A stretch of 62,792 nucleotides of DNA, counting the filler, from Collodictyon triciliatum (taxonomy: Eukaryota): assembly GCA_043381765.1 (NCBI GenBank). It is 20 parts of 20 records of this genome, joined end to end, with 100 filler letters (N's around TTAATTAATTAA, not from the genome) between each part and the next. Parts side by side here need not be neighbours in the genome. Positions count along the whole stretch, not along the records: positions 48,196 to 51,300 come from JBHJMP010007786.1; positions 51,401 to 54,505 come from JBHJMP010007787.1; positions 54,606 to 57,735 come from JBHJMP010007788.1; positions 57,836 to 60,936 come from JBHJMP010007789.1; 16 more parts are not named here. One strand, 5' to 3'. Position numbers and translations under genes: made by a program. Below, piece by piece: positions 48,608 through 60,700 of this stretch. The notes beneath the pieces are model-generated. The model searched no databases. It saw nothing but the letters and a program-made list of their open reading frames with translations, and was not told the origin of the DNA. Position 1 is the stretch's first letter; every line of letters begins with the position of its first letter.

Positions 48608-50686
48608 ATGCGGTTCGTCTTTGACTCCTCTTTTCGTTCTCTGTTACTCTCTTCATCATCCTCGTCCACAACAAAAACGAAAAAAAAAAAAGGAAAAAAA
48701 CGAAAATACTATACTCGGAGTCGCTCAACGCAACCCAAAACCTTTACCCTCCCTCCGTTCTTTCGCTTCTTCCTGGTATTTCGTTACAAATATATGTGGT
48801 ATTCCATAGCATTCGAAGCTGCGGTGGACACAATGGAGAGCGAAGCCAGACATCCTAACGGCTCATCCTCGAAAGGTGAGATTGAAGAGGTTGGCGATGT
48901 TGTCGAGATCGTTTTGGATGACCTAGAACAGACTGAGATCTCAAGAAAACCCAAGAACGAGATCGAGTATGAGGAGGATATAGTGGGTCGTGGCAGCGTT
49001 GTGTTAAAGGTTACTATTGCTGGTGAGGCTGTTCAAAAAACAGATGCGCCATCCCAGTCTGTGGATGGTGAGGCAAGTGCAAATCCAGACACGAAAAATA
49101 CATCTTGTAATGAAAATCCACAAAAATCTCAAAAAGACACGATACCTAATGCCCTGATGCAGAATAATATGACTGTGTCACCTAGTATCCAGAAAAGAAA
49201 CTCTTTCATTCGACCAGAAAACTCACTTGGCGTTCAAAAATCGATCAAATATAGTTTTAATGCTCTCATGTGGCTTTTGTATCAGTCTTCGGTACTAGGA
49301 TTTATTCCTGTTGGTATAATGGTTATTCTTTATGGGGCTCCGTGGTTCTTTCGCGTAAAATATGAAAACGTACTGTTATACGTTCTTGTCTGTGATACAA
49401 TAGCGACTCTTTTGATTTATTCGTGCATCTGGCTGGTTTTCTCTTACATTTTCGGGAGGGGTAGAGTTATTCCGTTAGTAAGAACAATTGGAGTTCTGAT
49501 GTACTTTATTCACAATACGCTATATTGTGTCAGACATTTATACCAAGTTCCATTACTTGCTGTCGGATGTTATGTTGTATATATTCTTCATGCATATATT
49601 TTTTTGAAGAAAACTCAAGACAAAATAATTCAATCTAATAATGTTGTCGCAGAAGAAAAGGATAAACGGCATGACATACTTTCGGCAGATGGAACACCGA
49701 AAGCGCTTCTGCGGGGATTTACACCGTTTGTGGCAATTTATTATATGTCGACTTACTATTTTGTACCATATTTCATGAACTCTGGTTTCAGTACTCGAAT
49801 TCTCGGCAGGGTCATTGTTATGCCATTTGTTTACAGCCTCCTAGAAACTTACCATAATAGCCTTCTGAAGAAAAAGTGTATTGAATATCACAGATACCGA
49901 ATCTTGGGGTTTAACATAACACATTCTTTAACAGCATTTCTCCTTCGTTTTATGATTACAGACACAAATAATCTGACCGATACTTTCAAGATGGCCCTTG
50001 CATCGAGCTTTTTTGAATTGTGTCTAAGAGTGTCATATATACCACGGACAGTATATACAACCAGATTACTGGAATACTGCACCAGTAAAATAACTAAATT
50101 ATGCTGCGGAAATAGAAGAATTGAAAGTCTGAATAGTGTCGCTCCGTTGTCTGAAGAACCTCAACCACAAAGAAATTTGGGCACAAGTGCGTTTGGTCGT
50201 ACAGCAATTGTTGATGAATATGCGAACAGCGGACTTCGAATTGACGAAATTAAATTCTCAAAGGAGGGAGTTCGTAGACTTCTCGATCAGCTGAACCAAA
50301 AGGATAATACTACTAAATATGTTTTCACGCATTATATCAATCGTTCTCTGTTCATGTCTCAATTAGAGATTCAATCTTCTTTGTTCTCATCCTTGATTAT
50401 TTACTTGCACCGACCGTTACAAGATTTCCTTACATTCCAGACCTTCTCTGACATAGAGCAAATGGTTTATACCGGTTTAATCCAATTCTCACTGGAATTA
50501 TCTTCCCAGCTCTGCTTCATTGCGTTCGATTACTATGTGCACGCGATTGAGTTCCCAATATCAAAGTCTTGGAAATACAACATTAGGTGGATTTCTGTCC
50601 TGCAGTCTACAGTATTCGTGCTAACCTCGGTTTCCATGGCCATCATACCTTTTCGGCTGGGGTCAGAAGATTGGCCAAAAGATTAA
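48608..50686 (+). CDS. Intronless multi-pass membrane protein of unknown family (true start possibly ~48833, MESEAR)
   Basis: A 692-codon ORF with an acidic disordered N-terminus followed by about 8-10 hydrophobic segments. Confidence 0.8.
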   Translation: MRFVFDSSFRSLLLSSSSSSTTKTKKKKGKKRKYYTRSRSTQPKTFTLPPFFRFFLVFRYKYMWYSIAFEAAVDTMESEARHPNGSSSKGEIEEVGDVVEIVLDDLEQTEISRKPKNEIEYEEDIVGRGSVVLKVTIAGEAVQKTDAPSQSVDGEASANPDTKNTSCNENPQKSQKDTIPNALMQNNMTVSPSIQKRNSFIRPENSLGVQKSIKYSFNALMWLLYQSSVLGFIPVGIMVILYGAPWFFRVKYENVLLYVLVCDTIATLLIYSCIWLVFSYIFGRGRVIPLVRTIGVLMYFIHNTLYCVRHLYQVPLLAVGCYVVYILHAYIFLKKTQDKIIQSNNVVAEEKDKRHDILSADGTPKALLRGFTPFVAIYYMSTYYFVPYFMNSGFSTRILGRVIVMPFVYSLLETYHNSLLKKKCIEYHRYRILGFNITHSLTAFLLRFMITDTNNLTDTFKMALASSFFELCLRVSYIPRTVYTTRLLEYCTSKITKLCCGNRRIESLNSVAPLSEEPQPQRNLGTSAFGRTAIVDEYANSGLRIDEIKFSKEGVRRLLDQLNQKDNTTKYVFTHYINRSLFMSQLEIQSSLFSSLIIYLHRPLQDFLTFQTFSDIEQMVYTGLIQFSLELSSQLCFIAFDYYVHAIEFPISKSWKYNIRWISVLQSTVFVLTSVSMAIIPFRLGSEDWPKD

Positions 50687-52015
50687 TTTTTTTCGTCATC
50701 ATCCATGCTTCCAGTGCATAGTATTTTTCAACCTCTTTCAACCATCTATAAGCATTCAAACTCATTAAATCCCATCGCAATAATCAACCAAATTAATGAA
50801 AAGGGGGAAACAAACTCATGTCTTTTTATTTATATTTGTGCGTCAACATTTGCACCTTATTTATTTTCCCTCTTTCCCGCCAATTAACGACACAACTGGT
50901 GTCTTGTTTTGCGTGCGCCAAAATCACCGCCTTGACCTTCTTAATGGATTCGCTTGTAAACAATTGTGCTTTTCGACAAAGTCTGCGACATTAAAACTGA
51001 GATACCAGCGATTTTACTATCTATTCAAAAATTCTAAATGTGAAAGACACCTTATGGTCTATTTAATCCCTAAATTGCAAAATAAATATACTTTCCACAA
51101 ACGAAATATTCTTGTGTCGTTCCCAGAATACAAAAACAGGATCAAAACAGTATTTATGTACCAAAAGGTGTTTCAACTCGACTAAAGAAAAACAAAAAAC
51201 AAAAAACAAAAGAACAAAAGAACAAAAGAACAAAAGAACAAAAGAACAAAAGAACAAAAGAACAAAAGAACAAAAGAACAAAAGAACAAAAGAACAAAAG
51301 NNNNNNNNNNNNNNNNNNNNNNNNNNNNNNNNNNNNNNNNNNNNTTAATTAATTAANNNNNNNNNNNNNNNNNNNNNNNNNNNNNNNNNNNNNNNNNNNN
51401 AAAATAAAATAAAAGGGAAAGAATATGGAACGGGAAAATGAGAAAGGAAAAAAAAAAGTGACAAGGAAAAGGAAGAAGGAAGGAAAACAGCCTGGAAAGA
51501 GAGTTTGGTCGCCAAAGGAACAGATGAATCAGCTCGTGTGTGCTTCATAAAGATTCCAGAGACTTGCAAGGCGAGTGAGCAATGCAGAGAGAAGGTTTGG
51601 TGATGAGTACTTTATACTAGGAGATGAATTGGCCCCATGTTAACAGAGGAACAGGAAAGAAATAACTTAACGCAGCAGGAAAAGAAAAAAGAAAAAGAAA
51701 AATCAAAGGCTGGATGAATCTTGCAGCGCCACCACGCAAGGTTAGTTCTGGCAGAGCAAAAAAAAGTAAAAGGAAGGACTGAAGCAAAATAGAAAAGTTA
51801 TGATGAGAGTACGAACGAAGAGAAACTGGCACCCGACTCGAAAGATTAACTGTGAATATCTTCCATCAGATACCCAAGTAAGGATGATGAGTTCTGCTCT
51901 TCGGTTCATTTTTTTTTCTCTCATCCTCTTTCACTTCCTCTCTTGTCGCTGGAAAACTGACTGGTGAAAGGCCCGAGACATCCGCTGCCGACTGCGCGAT
52001 ACCCATACAACCCTG

Positions 52016-54329
52016 TTAGTAGTACATCGCCCCGATGGTAAACCATATATCTGACGCGTCTTGAATACCGAACAGAGTACGCATATTCTCATAGCGCGAA
52101 TCAAGGAGGTCTCTTCCAACGAAGCCATGTTCTCGGGCAATCCTGGAAGCGGTCTTCAATCCGATGGAAGCGAGCCACTTGGCCGTCTGGTCAGAGTCCA
52201 TTGCTGCAAGCTGCTTGCGAGTGGAGGAGACTGCTCTACGAGAACTCACGGTTTCCTCGGGTTGTTGTGTCTCGGGTGCTTCGGAGTAGTCGAGAGGCTC
52301 TTCGTTCGCGGGTGGATGAGTCCATTCGGATTCATCGGACGGTCGAGACTGCTGCTTTCTTCGGGACTGCCGCATTTGCTGCTCAGTCCTCGGAGAAACA
52401 GACGCAGAAATAGACGCAGAAACAGGCGGTGTCGATGAAGCGGGGACCTGACTCCGATGTGAGGCAACGGACGCTGTAGTGTTTGGGTCTCGTATGAACT
52501 CAGAGGCAGACTTCTGCATGGCAGAAAGGCTCTGTGATAACAGGCCAAACGATGGGAAAGGCGTGCCAGGCTCGGTGATTTCTCTGATGGTTTTCGGGGT
52601 GATGCGACCCAAAAAGACAGCCAACTTTGCGAGATAGTATTCAGCATCGAGGTAAATGGCAATAGCAGAGCCGGATGTGAAGGCGATGATGGAAGTGGAA
52701 ATGAAGGCAAAGGAAATTGACTTGGATGGGTCCAACTCAATCGGGGACGTGGGTTCTGAGTACCGATCAAATCCGCTTGACTGCGCGTGTATGATGATTG
52801 ATGCAATCGACCCAACCATCGCCCCCGAGAGGTGTGGGATGACCAAGTGTGCAGAATCCCCAAAGTAGACGTACATATGTGACCCTATGTCCAGAGCAAC
52901 GCCTGATAGCAATGAAACAAAGATAGATGTTGCCGGCCCTTTCGTGGCTGACACAGAGGATGCCAAAGCAACTCCAGCAGAAATAATGTATCGGCGAATC
53001 CGGTCTACGGCGATGGGTGAGTGATACTCTTGCTCTGTTTCGTCCAGTGAATCCGCTACATGTTGGCCCTCTTCTTCATCCTCAACTATAGTATCAGCCG
53101 AAGGGATTGTTATGGAAATAACTGATGCAGCTGCAAGACCAATGAATGTGTTTGCCACAACTTGGTTATGGTCTGCTTCGTTGTGGTGGATGGCATTGTA
53201 GGACGGGAACATAACACAAAGAAATCCGAGTCCGACAATTTCTTTCCATTCATCGTAGTATCTCCTGTGCGTGTCTTCAATAGGGATTTGCAGGATTTCG
53301 TTTCCAGGTGTGACACGAAAAACTAACACTAATAAAAAAAATAAAAAAAAAGAAAGAAGGCATTAAGGGAAAAATTGCTAGTCCCTTTCATAATATAATG
53401 GCGGTACATAGTGAGCAGCAAAGATAGCTTATAAATAAATTATGATTTTGGCATGAAGAATTAAATTAAAACCTCCAGAGGCAAACATAGCGGCATACAA
53501 GTGCACCCACAAGTGTCGTTGCCAAAGAGACACGCCAACTGTGTAATGACCAACAAAGATGTTAACACCGTACATAAAGACTTGTATGGTAATCAAGAGT
53601 AATGCACGAGCACAAGTCATTTCTCTGCGCAGAGGTGTGAAAGAAATCAAAGCACTGAGCGCAGTAAAAACTCCCATGAATAAATGTGCAAATGAAAGTG
53701 TTTCTCTGGAATCCCATGTTTGCTCGCCCATGTGGGCCCAAAACTCGGAAATCACAATCCCCCATTCAAACGCCATGAAAGCAATAAAGACTTCCATTGT
53801 TCCTGACTCTTGACCATTGTCGTTATTCTATTTGCGCATAAAATTAGTCTACTATGTGATGTTAGGCTATCTCGTCCCGATTAATTCAAGGGGACACTCT
53901 TAGTGGCGCGTATGGAAACAAATGTTTGTATATTTGTATACACGTAAGAAATAAAGAAAATAAAGAAAATAAAGAAAATAAAGAAAAGAAAAAGAAAAGA
54001 AAAAGAAAAAGAAAAAGAAAAGGACGAAGAGGCCTAAGTGGAATGGGGTCTATGAAACTCACCGTTAGGCCACTGGAGAACATGAAACCAAATGCTACGA
54101 AAATCATTAAATGCGAAAGATGCGTATAGTCGAATGTTTCTTGCATCCGCTCCAGAATCCCATTTTCCAGCTCGTGATATGATTGTGAATCGTGATCTTT
54201 AAACGTGGAGCAGCCCCAAAAGATCAGAATAAGAAAAATTTGAAACAGTAAGGCGGCAGCGTAGCCTAGATGAGTTGATAACTTGTAGGAGGGGATGTGC
54301 TGGCCCAGGCTCCTCCTCACTTGAGCCAT
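52016..54329 (-). CDS. Divergent Rh/ammonium-transporter-family protein with a C-terminal SAM domain, 3 exons
   Basis: HLMIFVAFGFM, VHLYAAMFA, GLGFLCVMFPSYNA, VVANTFIGLAA and IISAGVALAS follow the Rh motif order. The tail MDSDQTAKWLASIGL..EHGFVGRDLL..LFGI is SAM-like. Confidence 0.8.
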
Positions 54330-55969
54330 GATGGTGTGGTACTATTGTTTAATTTTGTTTGTTTGTTTGTTTGTTTGTTTGTTTGTTTGTTTGTTTGTTT
54401 GTTTGTTTGTTTGTTTGTTTGTTTGTTTGTTTTTGTTTTTGTTTTTTGTTTTTTGTTTGTTTGTTTTTTGTTTGTTTGTTTTTTGTTTGTTTGTTTGTTT
54501 GTTTGNNNNNNNNNNNNNNNNNNNNNNNNNNNNNNNNNNNNNNNNNNNNTTAATTAATTAANNNNNNNNNNNNNNNNNNNNNNNNNNNNNNNNNNNNNNN
54601 NNNNNCCGTTCCATACTATATTACACGAGTAGATGGACTATTTACATTGAATGAGTAACTGTGTAACATCAAAACTAAAATGAACGTAGCAGCACCAACA
54701 CGATTAATATCTGTTTCTGTTATTTTTATTTCAGGCATACAAAATGTTGCCATCAAAGCAGCTAAACTTTGTTGCTACGTGTGAACTGTTTGTAAAATCG
54801 TCAATGTGTCCAGTAGTTAGTGAACTGCAAGCAATGACTGTCACAAGAACGTTTTATTTCGTGTACCCAGTCAGCCCGGATATGAATCCATCGAGTTTAG
54901 CCAGTAGTGTCAGAAGCGATTGCACCTTAGCAAAGATACCGCTGAGTACCAGGTCACGGTGATGTAATTATTACGAAGCCAAAGAAAACATGCTATGAAA
55001 AAAGGTCTTCTTCTCTTCTTTCGTTCGTAGAGCGTTCAGTTGTCGGGTGGCCTGGCCAAAACAATTATTCAATTGCATGGCTACAGCTACACGTTACAGG
55101 TAATTCCCGATTTTTAAATGTTTGGTAAAGTAATGCTTTTTTTAAAGTAAAAAAGAAAAGGAGTTTCGGAATTTTTTTGAGCACACGCAAAAGTATTAAA
55201 ATTGGATTTCAACGGATTTTCTACACAATACTTCAAGAAATTTACAATATGGTCATTTCAGTTCGGCCGGGTGGCAGTAGTTGGTGGTCTTCCATCAGTT
55301 AATGGCACAGGTATGGAATGGTGCGTTGTCTCTCGAGCACAAAGTGCATCTCCGGGAAGAGAAGAGGTCACTCATTGATCGACGACGAGTCAACTGCCAC
55401 TTGGACAAACATAAATTTGGCTTTGGACCCCTCTACTGAGTTTCATAGTGGAACAAGCACTATCGTTCTGATGGATATTTACTTTCTAAGATAGCGTGTA
55501 TTTTTTTTAGTGGGAAATCATATTTCGTATAAGTGTGGATATGAATGACGGTGTCGTCTCAACCGCAATAAACCTTTTGAGGCGCTTCGCGGGCTCTGAA
55601 TTGTATTTATATTACATTTTTCCATTTCGCCCTTTTGGGCTGCTACACATTTTCTTGAGCTATCTGAAATCTCTTATTTTTATCCTATTCTTTCTTGCAA
55701 GAGGTTGAGTCTGGCGTAATAAAAAGGTTCGTAATTATCCGTTTCAGTCCAGAATTAGTTAGGCAAACCGTCCAATGACGAAAACTTTCTCGGGCAGCAG
55801 CAATCTTATAGGTCCGATGATGAAAATTTTAGCTAACATAAGTTACAATGGTTTTGAAAAGTGCATATAGAAAACGAAGTAAAAATCTATAAATAAAATA
55901 AATAAACTGTTTGTCCAAAGCATCGCTCATTCGAAATTTACCGGGCCGCGTCGAAGGGCAAGACCATTA

Positions 55970-57074
55970 CCTGACCTACACTTTGGCGATTCTGGTACAG
56001 TTTATAGTGTTGCTGTCACACGTGACGGATCAAAAATTGACTCTGCAAGCGGTGGTTCTGACAATGGTAACAGTGATAATACAACCAAAGTCTGGAAGTT
56101 TTCTGACGGAAATTTGATTCGCATATTGACTGGTCATGCTGATACAGTGTTGTTGTTACTCCTGATGACTCAAAAGTTGTTTCAGGAAGAGATGATAACA
56201 CCATCAGAGTCTGGAATCTTTCATATGGAGCTTTGATTCGCACATTAACCGGTCATAGGAACACTGTTTACAGTGTTGCTGTAACTCCTGATGGTGTAGG
56301 GCAGACGTTGTAGTCCAGCTGGCATGGGACAGCGTCTGACCTGCGCGAACGTGGTTAGAACCCCACAGGGTGCGCGGTGTGTGTGATTCCGGCCTTTATC
56401 ACGCATTCCCTGAGCCCTCCTCCTGTGCCCTCAGTTATACCCAATCCAGGGCAGCCGGGGTGTGCTTCGCCGGGCAACGAAGCACACCCCACAACTTTCG
56501 AAGAAAAAGACTTCACCGGAAGAGTGCTTCCATGAGAGAGGAATGAGATACCATATCTACGCCGAGCTTCAACCCCACAAAAAGACACCCCACAGAATTG
56601 TCCCTCCTCTAAGTCTGCCCTTCTTGGAAAATCCCCCATGCCCCCCAGACACCCCTTTGTAACACCTAGGCCACAGGCCAAACCGCAGGATGCAATCCTG
56701 AGTACCGACTACTTCTTCGCCACCCGGCCAACAAGTAGCGCCCATACAACCGATGGCTAGCGAACCAAAGCCAACACATCCCCTCGGTCCTGCACAAAGT
56801 TGAAAGGAAGAATAAAAAAAAAACTCCTGACGGCTCAAATCTTATTTCTGGAAGCTGGGACATTACAAACAAAATATGGGACTTACCTGCTATAGTAGAC
56901 CCGTCTCCATCAGACCCATCTCCGTCAGATGCTGGGACAGTAGATGAATCTCCGTCAGATACTAAGACTTCAGATCCGTCTTCTTCCACTACCCTATCGT
57001 CATCATTCATAGCCATTGCTGTCAGCGTTCTGTTTGCTAACGCTCATTACAAGGAAAAGCTAGACTTTAAATGA
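55970..57074 (+). pseudogene. WD40-repeat gene with an S/P/D stalk and hydrophobic tail, disrupted by a frameshift and a SINE
   Basis: Repeats of TGHxxTVYSVAVTPDGSKxxSGxxDNTIRVW, a short deletion near 56143 and an insertion at 56292. The frame resumes GSNLISGSWD at 56832. Confidence 0.85.
56292..56821 (+). mobile_element. Full-length tRNA-derived SINE (~530 bp)
   Basis: TSD AACTCCTGA (56283-56291 and 56822-56830), A-box TAGTCCAGCTGG (56311-56322), D-stem GTCC/GGAC, B-box-like GGTTAGAACCC (56353-56363), non-coding GC-rich body and poly(A) tail. Confidence 0.9.
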
Positions 57075-57439
57075 GAGCAAAAATATGGAGAAGTAGCTTG
57101 TGAATTTCAAGCTCTTGAAAACCGATCCGAAGAAAACTGAACTAACACGTTTGTAAACTACATTTTGATGAGTAGCTTGTAGACCTGAGTTTCAACAAAT
57201 GTGAATAATCATTATATCGTCGCTTATCCTCTATCTTAATGAAGACTTGCTGCAAATTTGATTCAATATTAAATCGCACGCATATGGTCTTTTACCCTTA
57301 CCTGCAATGTTAATACGGACATTCTTTCATGTACTAGGTGCTTGTATTCTATAACTGTATTCTCTATTCTATTCAAAATGCAGGGAGGTTAAGTGATGCA
57401 GGGTTTTGCAAGAAAAGTGAGCACAGTAGAGAGCATAAG

Positions 57440-57735
57440 ACGTACCGTGGGGAGGGTAGCATTGGAAATTAATCAGTGATTGTGAGTTGGTCAGGTGGGC
57501 GACCCAACTGGTTGATTGGTTGCGTGGGTAGCAGGGGTTGGATGTGTTGTGGGAGATATCGCACGACACATTCCCACAACTCTTCGCTTGCGGTCAGAGT
57601 AGTGGAGAATGCGAGTATGTTTCAGCAGGCTGTTCAAGAAGCTGTATTGCACGAGGCTTTCCAGCCTGGCTACATTGATTTCTCGTTCGGGTGAATCATT
57701 GGAGCGAGAGAATGCACGCACACTCCATAAGGCCC
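57440..57735 (-). mobile_element. Probable 3' region of a non-LTR retrotransposon ORF2 plus 3' UTR
   Basis: A GC-richer block at a contig end encodes ALWSVRAFSRSNDSPEREINVARLESLVQY, similar to the LINE post-zinc-finger 'LWxxR' segment. It shares 27 nt with 41654-41680. Confidence 0.5.
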
Positions 57736-60700
57736 NNNNNNNNNNNNNNNNNNNNNNNNNNNNNNNNNNNNNNNNNNNNTTAATTAATTAANNNNNNNNN
57801 NNNNNNNNNNNNNNNNNNNNNNNNNNNNNNNNNNNATGGCCATAATACCTGATTCATTTTTTCTTGCCAACACGAGTATTCATTGAGAAAATCCTCTGTT
57901 GATTATCAAACACAATTAGACTACAAGACAAAAAGTGATGTAAACCCCGAGCTGTCGCTTGATATCCAGTGCCCTGCGATATCGGATGCATGATATTCGT
58001 TTCTACGCAGCATAATGATTTTCTTTTATCTATACTGCTGCTAAATAATTAAAGGGGAGGGTTATATTCTCTTTCTATATGTAAGGGTTAGGGTCAATGT
58101 AAGTTTGTGGGTTAGGGTTTTGAAAACAAGCAAATATAAAAACTATCCTTATTTATTCATATATAGCGAAGGTGATGGTCAGTGCTACAAAGAAATCACC
58201 CAAACAGACATTCCTGCGCAGTTGGTCGCGCGATTGACTGGTGGAGAAACGATTTACATTGAGGCGACTGTCCATTACACCATCTGCAGCACATTTTCCG
58301 TCTTCCAGCCGAATGAAAGGGACACCATCGAATGCCTTTGTATATAATGGAACTCTTTTGATTATTCCTTCATATACAAACACTATATACATCCTACCTT
58401 TAAATAAAGCGCATGAAGAGATATAGATATTCTCGTTTGGACAAGAAAAAACAGAACTTCGAAGCCATTGTTTGGGTACTTTGTGTGTAAATGACTTGAA
58501 AAACGACTAGAAAAAGAATAAACCCATCTTTCTTGTTCAAATAAAGGTGACATATACGCCGAGTATGGATACATGCCCGACCAACACAGCGCCACCGCCA
58601 TCAGAACCCTCTAAAAATCAAAGTAAGTCTGCAGTTGTTACCAATATATTTTTGTATTTGTATGTTACAATCAGAATCGGAAGCTTAATTGAACTGTCGA
58701 TATTTATTCATCTCCAAGTGCCCAACTGTTTTGTCAGATGCTTCGCAACTATATCTATCCAAGACGCCTCTTTGATTCCATCGCGGTAATTCGATTTTTT
58801 TTTCCAAGCACTGGATTAGATGATATTTCCCAGCCTCATCCGCATGTTGTTTGCATGGCCATGGTGCATCCTGCAAAGTTTCTCTCTGCCATGAAAGTGA
58901 GAAAAGTGCATCGTCCAAAATCCAATCTGCCGCACATCGTTCATCGATGTGTAAGAGAATACAATTTTTCTGTTTTCTTATACCTTTCATACAAGATAAG
59001 TAATTTTTTTTCTTCCTGCTTGTCTCAGAGCGCAATCCCCGATGCACAAGTGCCTGTTTCTCGCCACCTTTCGCAGCTTATGACGTCGACTGAATGCGGA
59101 GATGCGATGCATGTTTCCAGTTGCTAGGATTATGTTGTGCTTCTTTGTGAAACGGTTGCTCATCGCTGCGGCCGAATATTGCAGCGTCTATCAATCGATC
59201 AATGAACTCAAAGCATCACTAATATAGATTAGCCAAGCAAATAAAAAAAAAATAATCATCTCCTCTTGTGAGTAAATATTGAAGTTCAAGAATAATAGAA
59301 TCGAAATTATTCGAAAAAGTAACTATTCGTTGGATATCGGTTTTTCTTTTAAAGTTCTAATCTACATTCTAAAACTTGATGTTTATCTTGTGTTTGGCAT
59401 CGAGCCTATTCATTGATGGCTCTGCACTGTGCTCGGTAAATGACTGTCCTGATGTAATTAACAAAACGACAGATGCGTCAATCCTTGCGACTCTGAAAAA
59501 AGAGAAATATATTACTCAGAATACTGCTGATAGTATTTGGTGTCAAATAAGTTTTGATTGGAAAAAAATGACAGTAAAAGCGAAGAAATGAAAGTGCCAC
59601 TTATTTAAAGCAAAAGCAAAAAAGGAAAGGCAAACCCATTTCTTTGTCTTTCCAACGACAAGTTTTGGAAGCCCGCGATAAGGCTATCGAGCGGAAAACA
59701 CGCTTTGCAGACTTTTTTTGGCTGCTGATGTATCCGCATCGTAAACACACACTTTGCACAGGATTTTTGTCCTCATTATAAAAAGTCATTGCTTCGACCG
59801 ATTGAATGATACCTATTGAGAAAGTCCAGACACATGCGCAGTGCATCCGCATGAACTAAATCAAGAGTACAAATTAAACATTATATTGCTTTTTGATAAT
59901 AAAAAAAAGGCCACTGATTTGCATGGAAGTAAAGAGAATACACTAAATATCTACTTTTCATATTTATTTTTAATGCTATTAGTTCAGCGAACACATTTAG
60001 ATGAAAAAAAACCTACAATTTCACTCGGCCAAATACACTCCTAATCGTTGAGATAGTCTCAACCAAACCTGTCATGGGTATTCGATGCATACCTGAAGGG
60101 AAAGAAGTTACGGTTTGAGTCTTTACTATTTATGATTGTCGAGGATTTACAAAGGGAGGAAAGTTCACATCCCAATCTCTTTCTCGTAGCAAAGCTTGAG
60201 AGGTTTGTGTCATGGGTGTGATGCTGAAGAAATCAAAAAATTGGAATGTATTTGTAATAAAGTGAAAATATTAAAATATATGAGTTTTCTTGTGATTGTT
60301 TGTGTGAAATATAGGCAGGTTTACCTATTATTATGCAAAAGTACTATATCGTGCCAAACTGAGAACTTGGCTTCCTGAGGTAATACTTGAGCAGCGTTGA
60401 ATTCGAGCGATATCTCCACTTAAAAACCAATGAGCAGAGAAATACGAAAACAGATGAAATCCTCTACAACAAACTCAAATAACATTATTGCTGAATTGAA
60501 TATAAGAATGATGTATTTCATACTTTTTGGGAGAACGTTTGGATAAAACGACGGACATAATTCATCACACCAGTCTACCATTTCGTCTGCATCGCATCCG
60601 GTAATGATTTTGTCAGCGCATAGAAGTCCTGCACCATGGTCGAGTGCCCGTCTGCAAAAGTCTCCGCAAGTAAAGGCCTGTAATTTGAAATGAGAGAGAG

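Noticed and set aside
56308-56330. 7SL/Alu origin of the SINE head (TGTAGTCCAGCT resembles TGTAGTCCCAGCT)
   Set aside because: The D-stem and the A-box to B-box spacing fit a tRNA origin better, and no other SRP features are visible.
58081-58120. Two GGGTTAGGG telomere-like motifs
   Set aside because: Too few, and not tandem.
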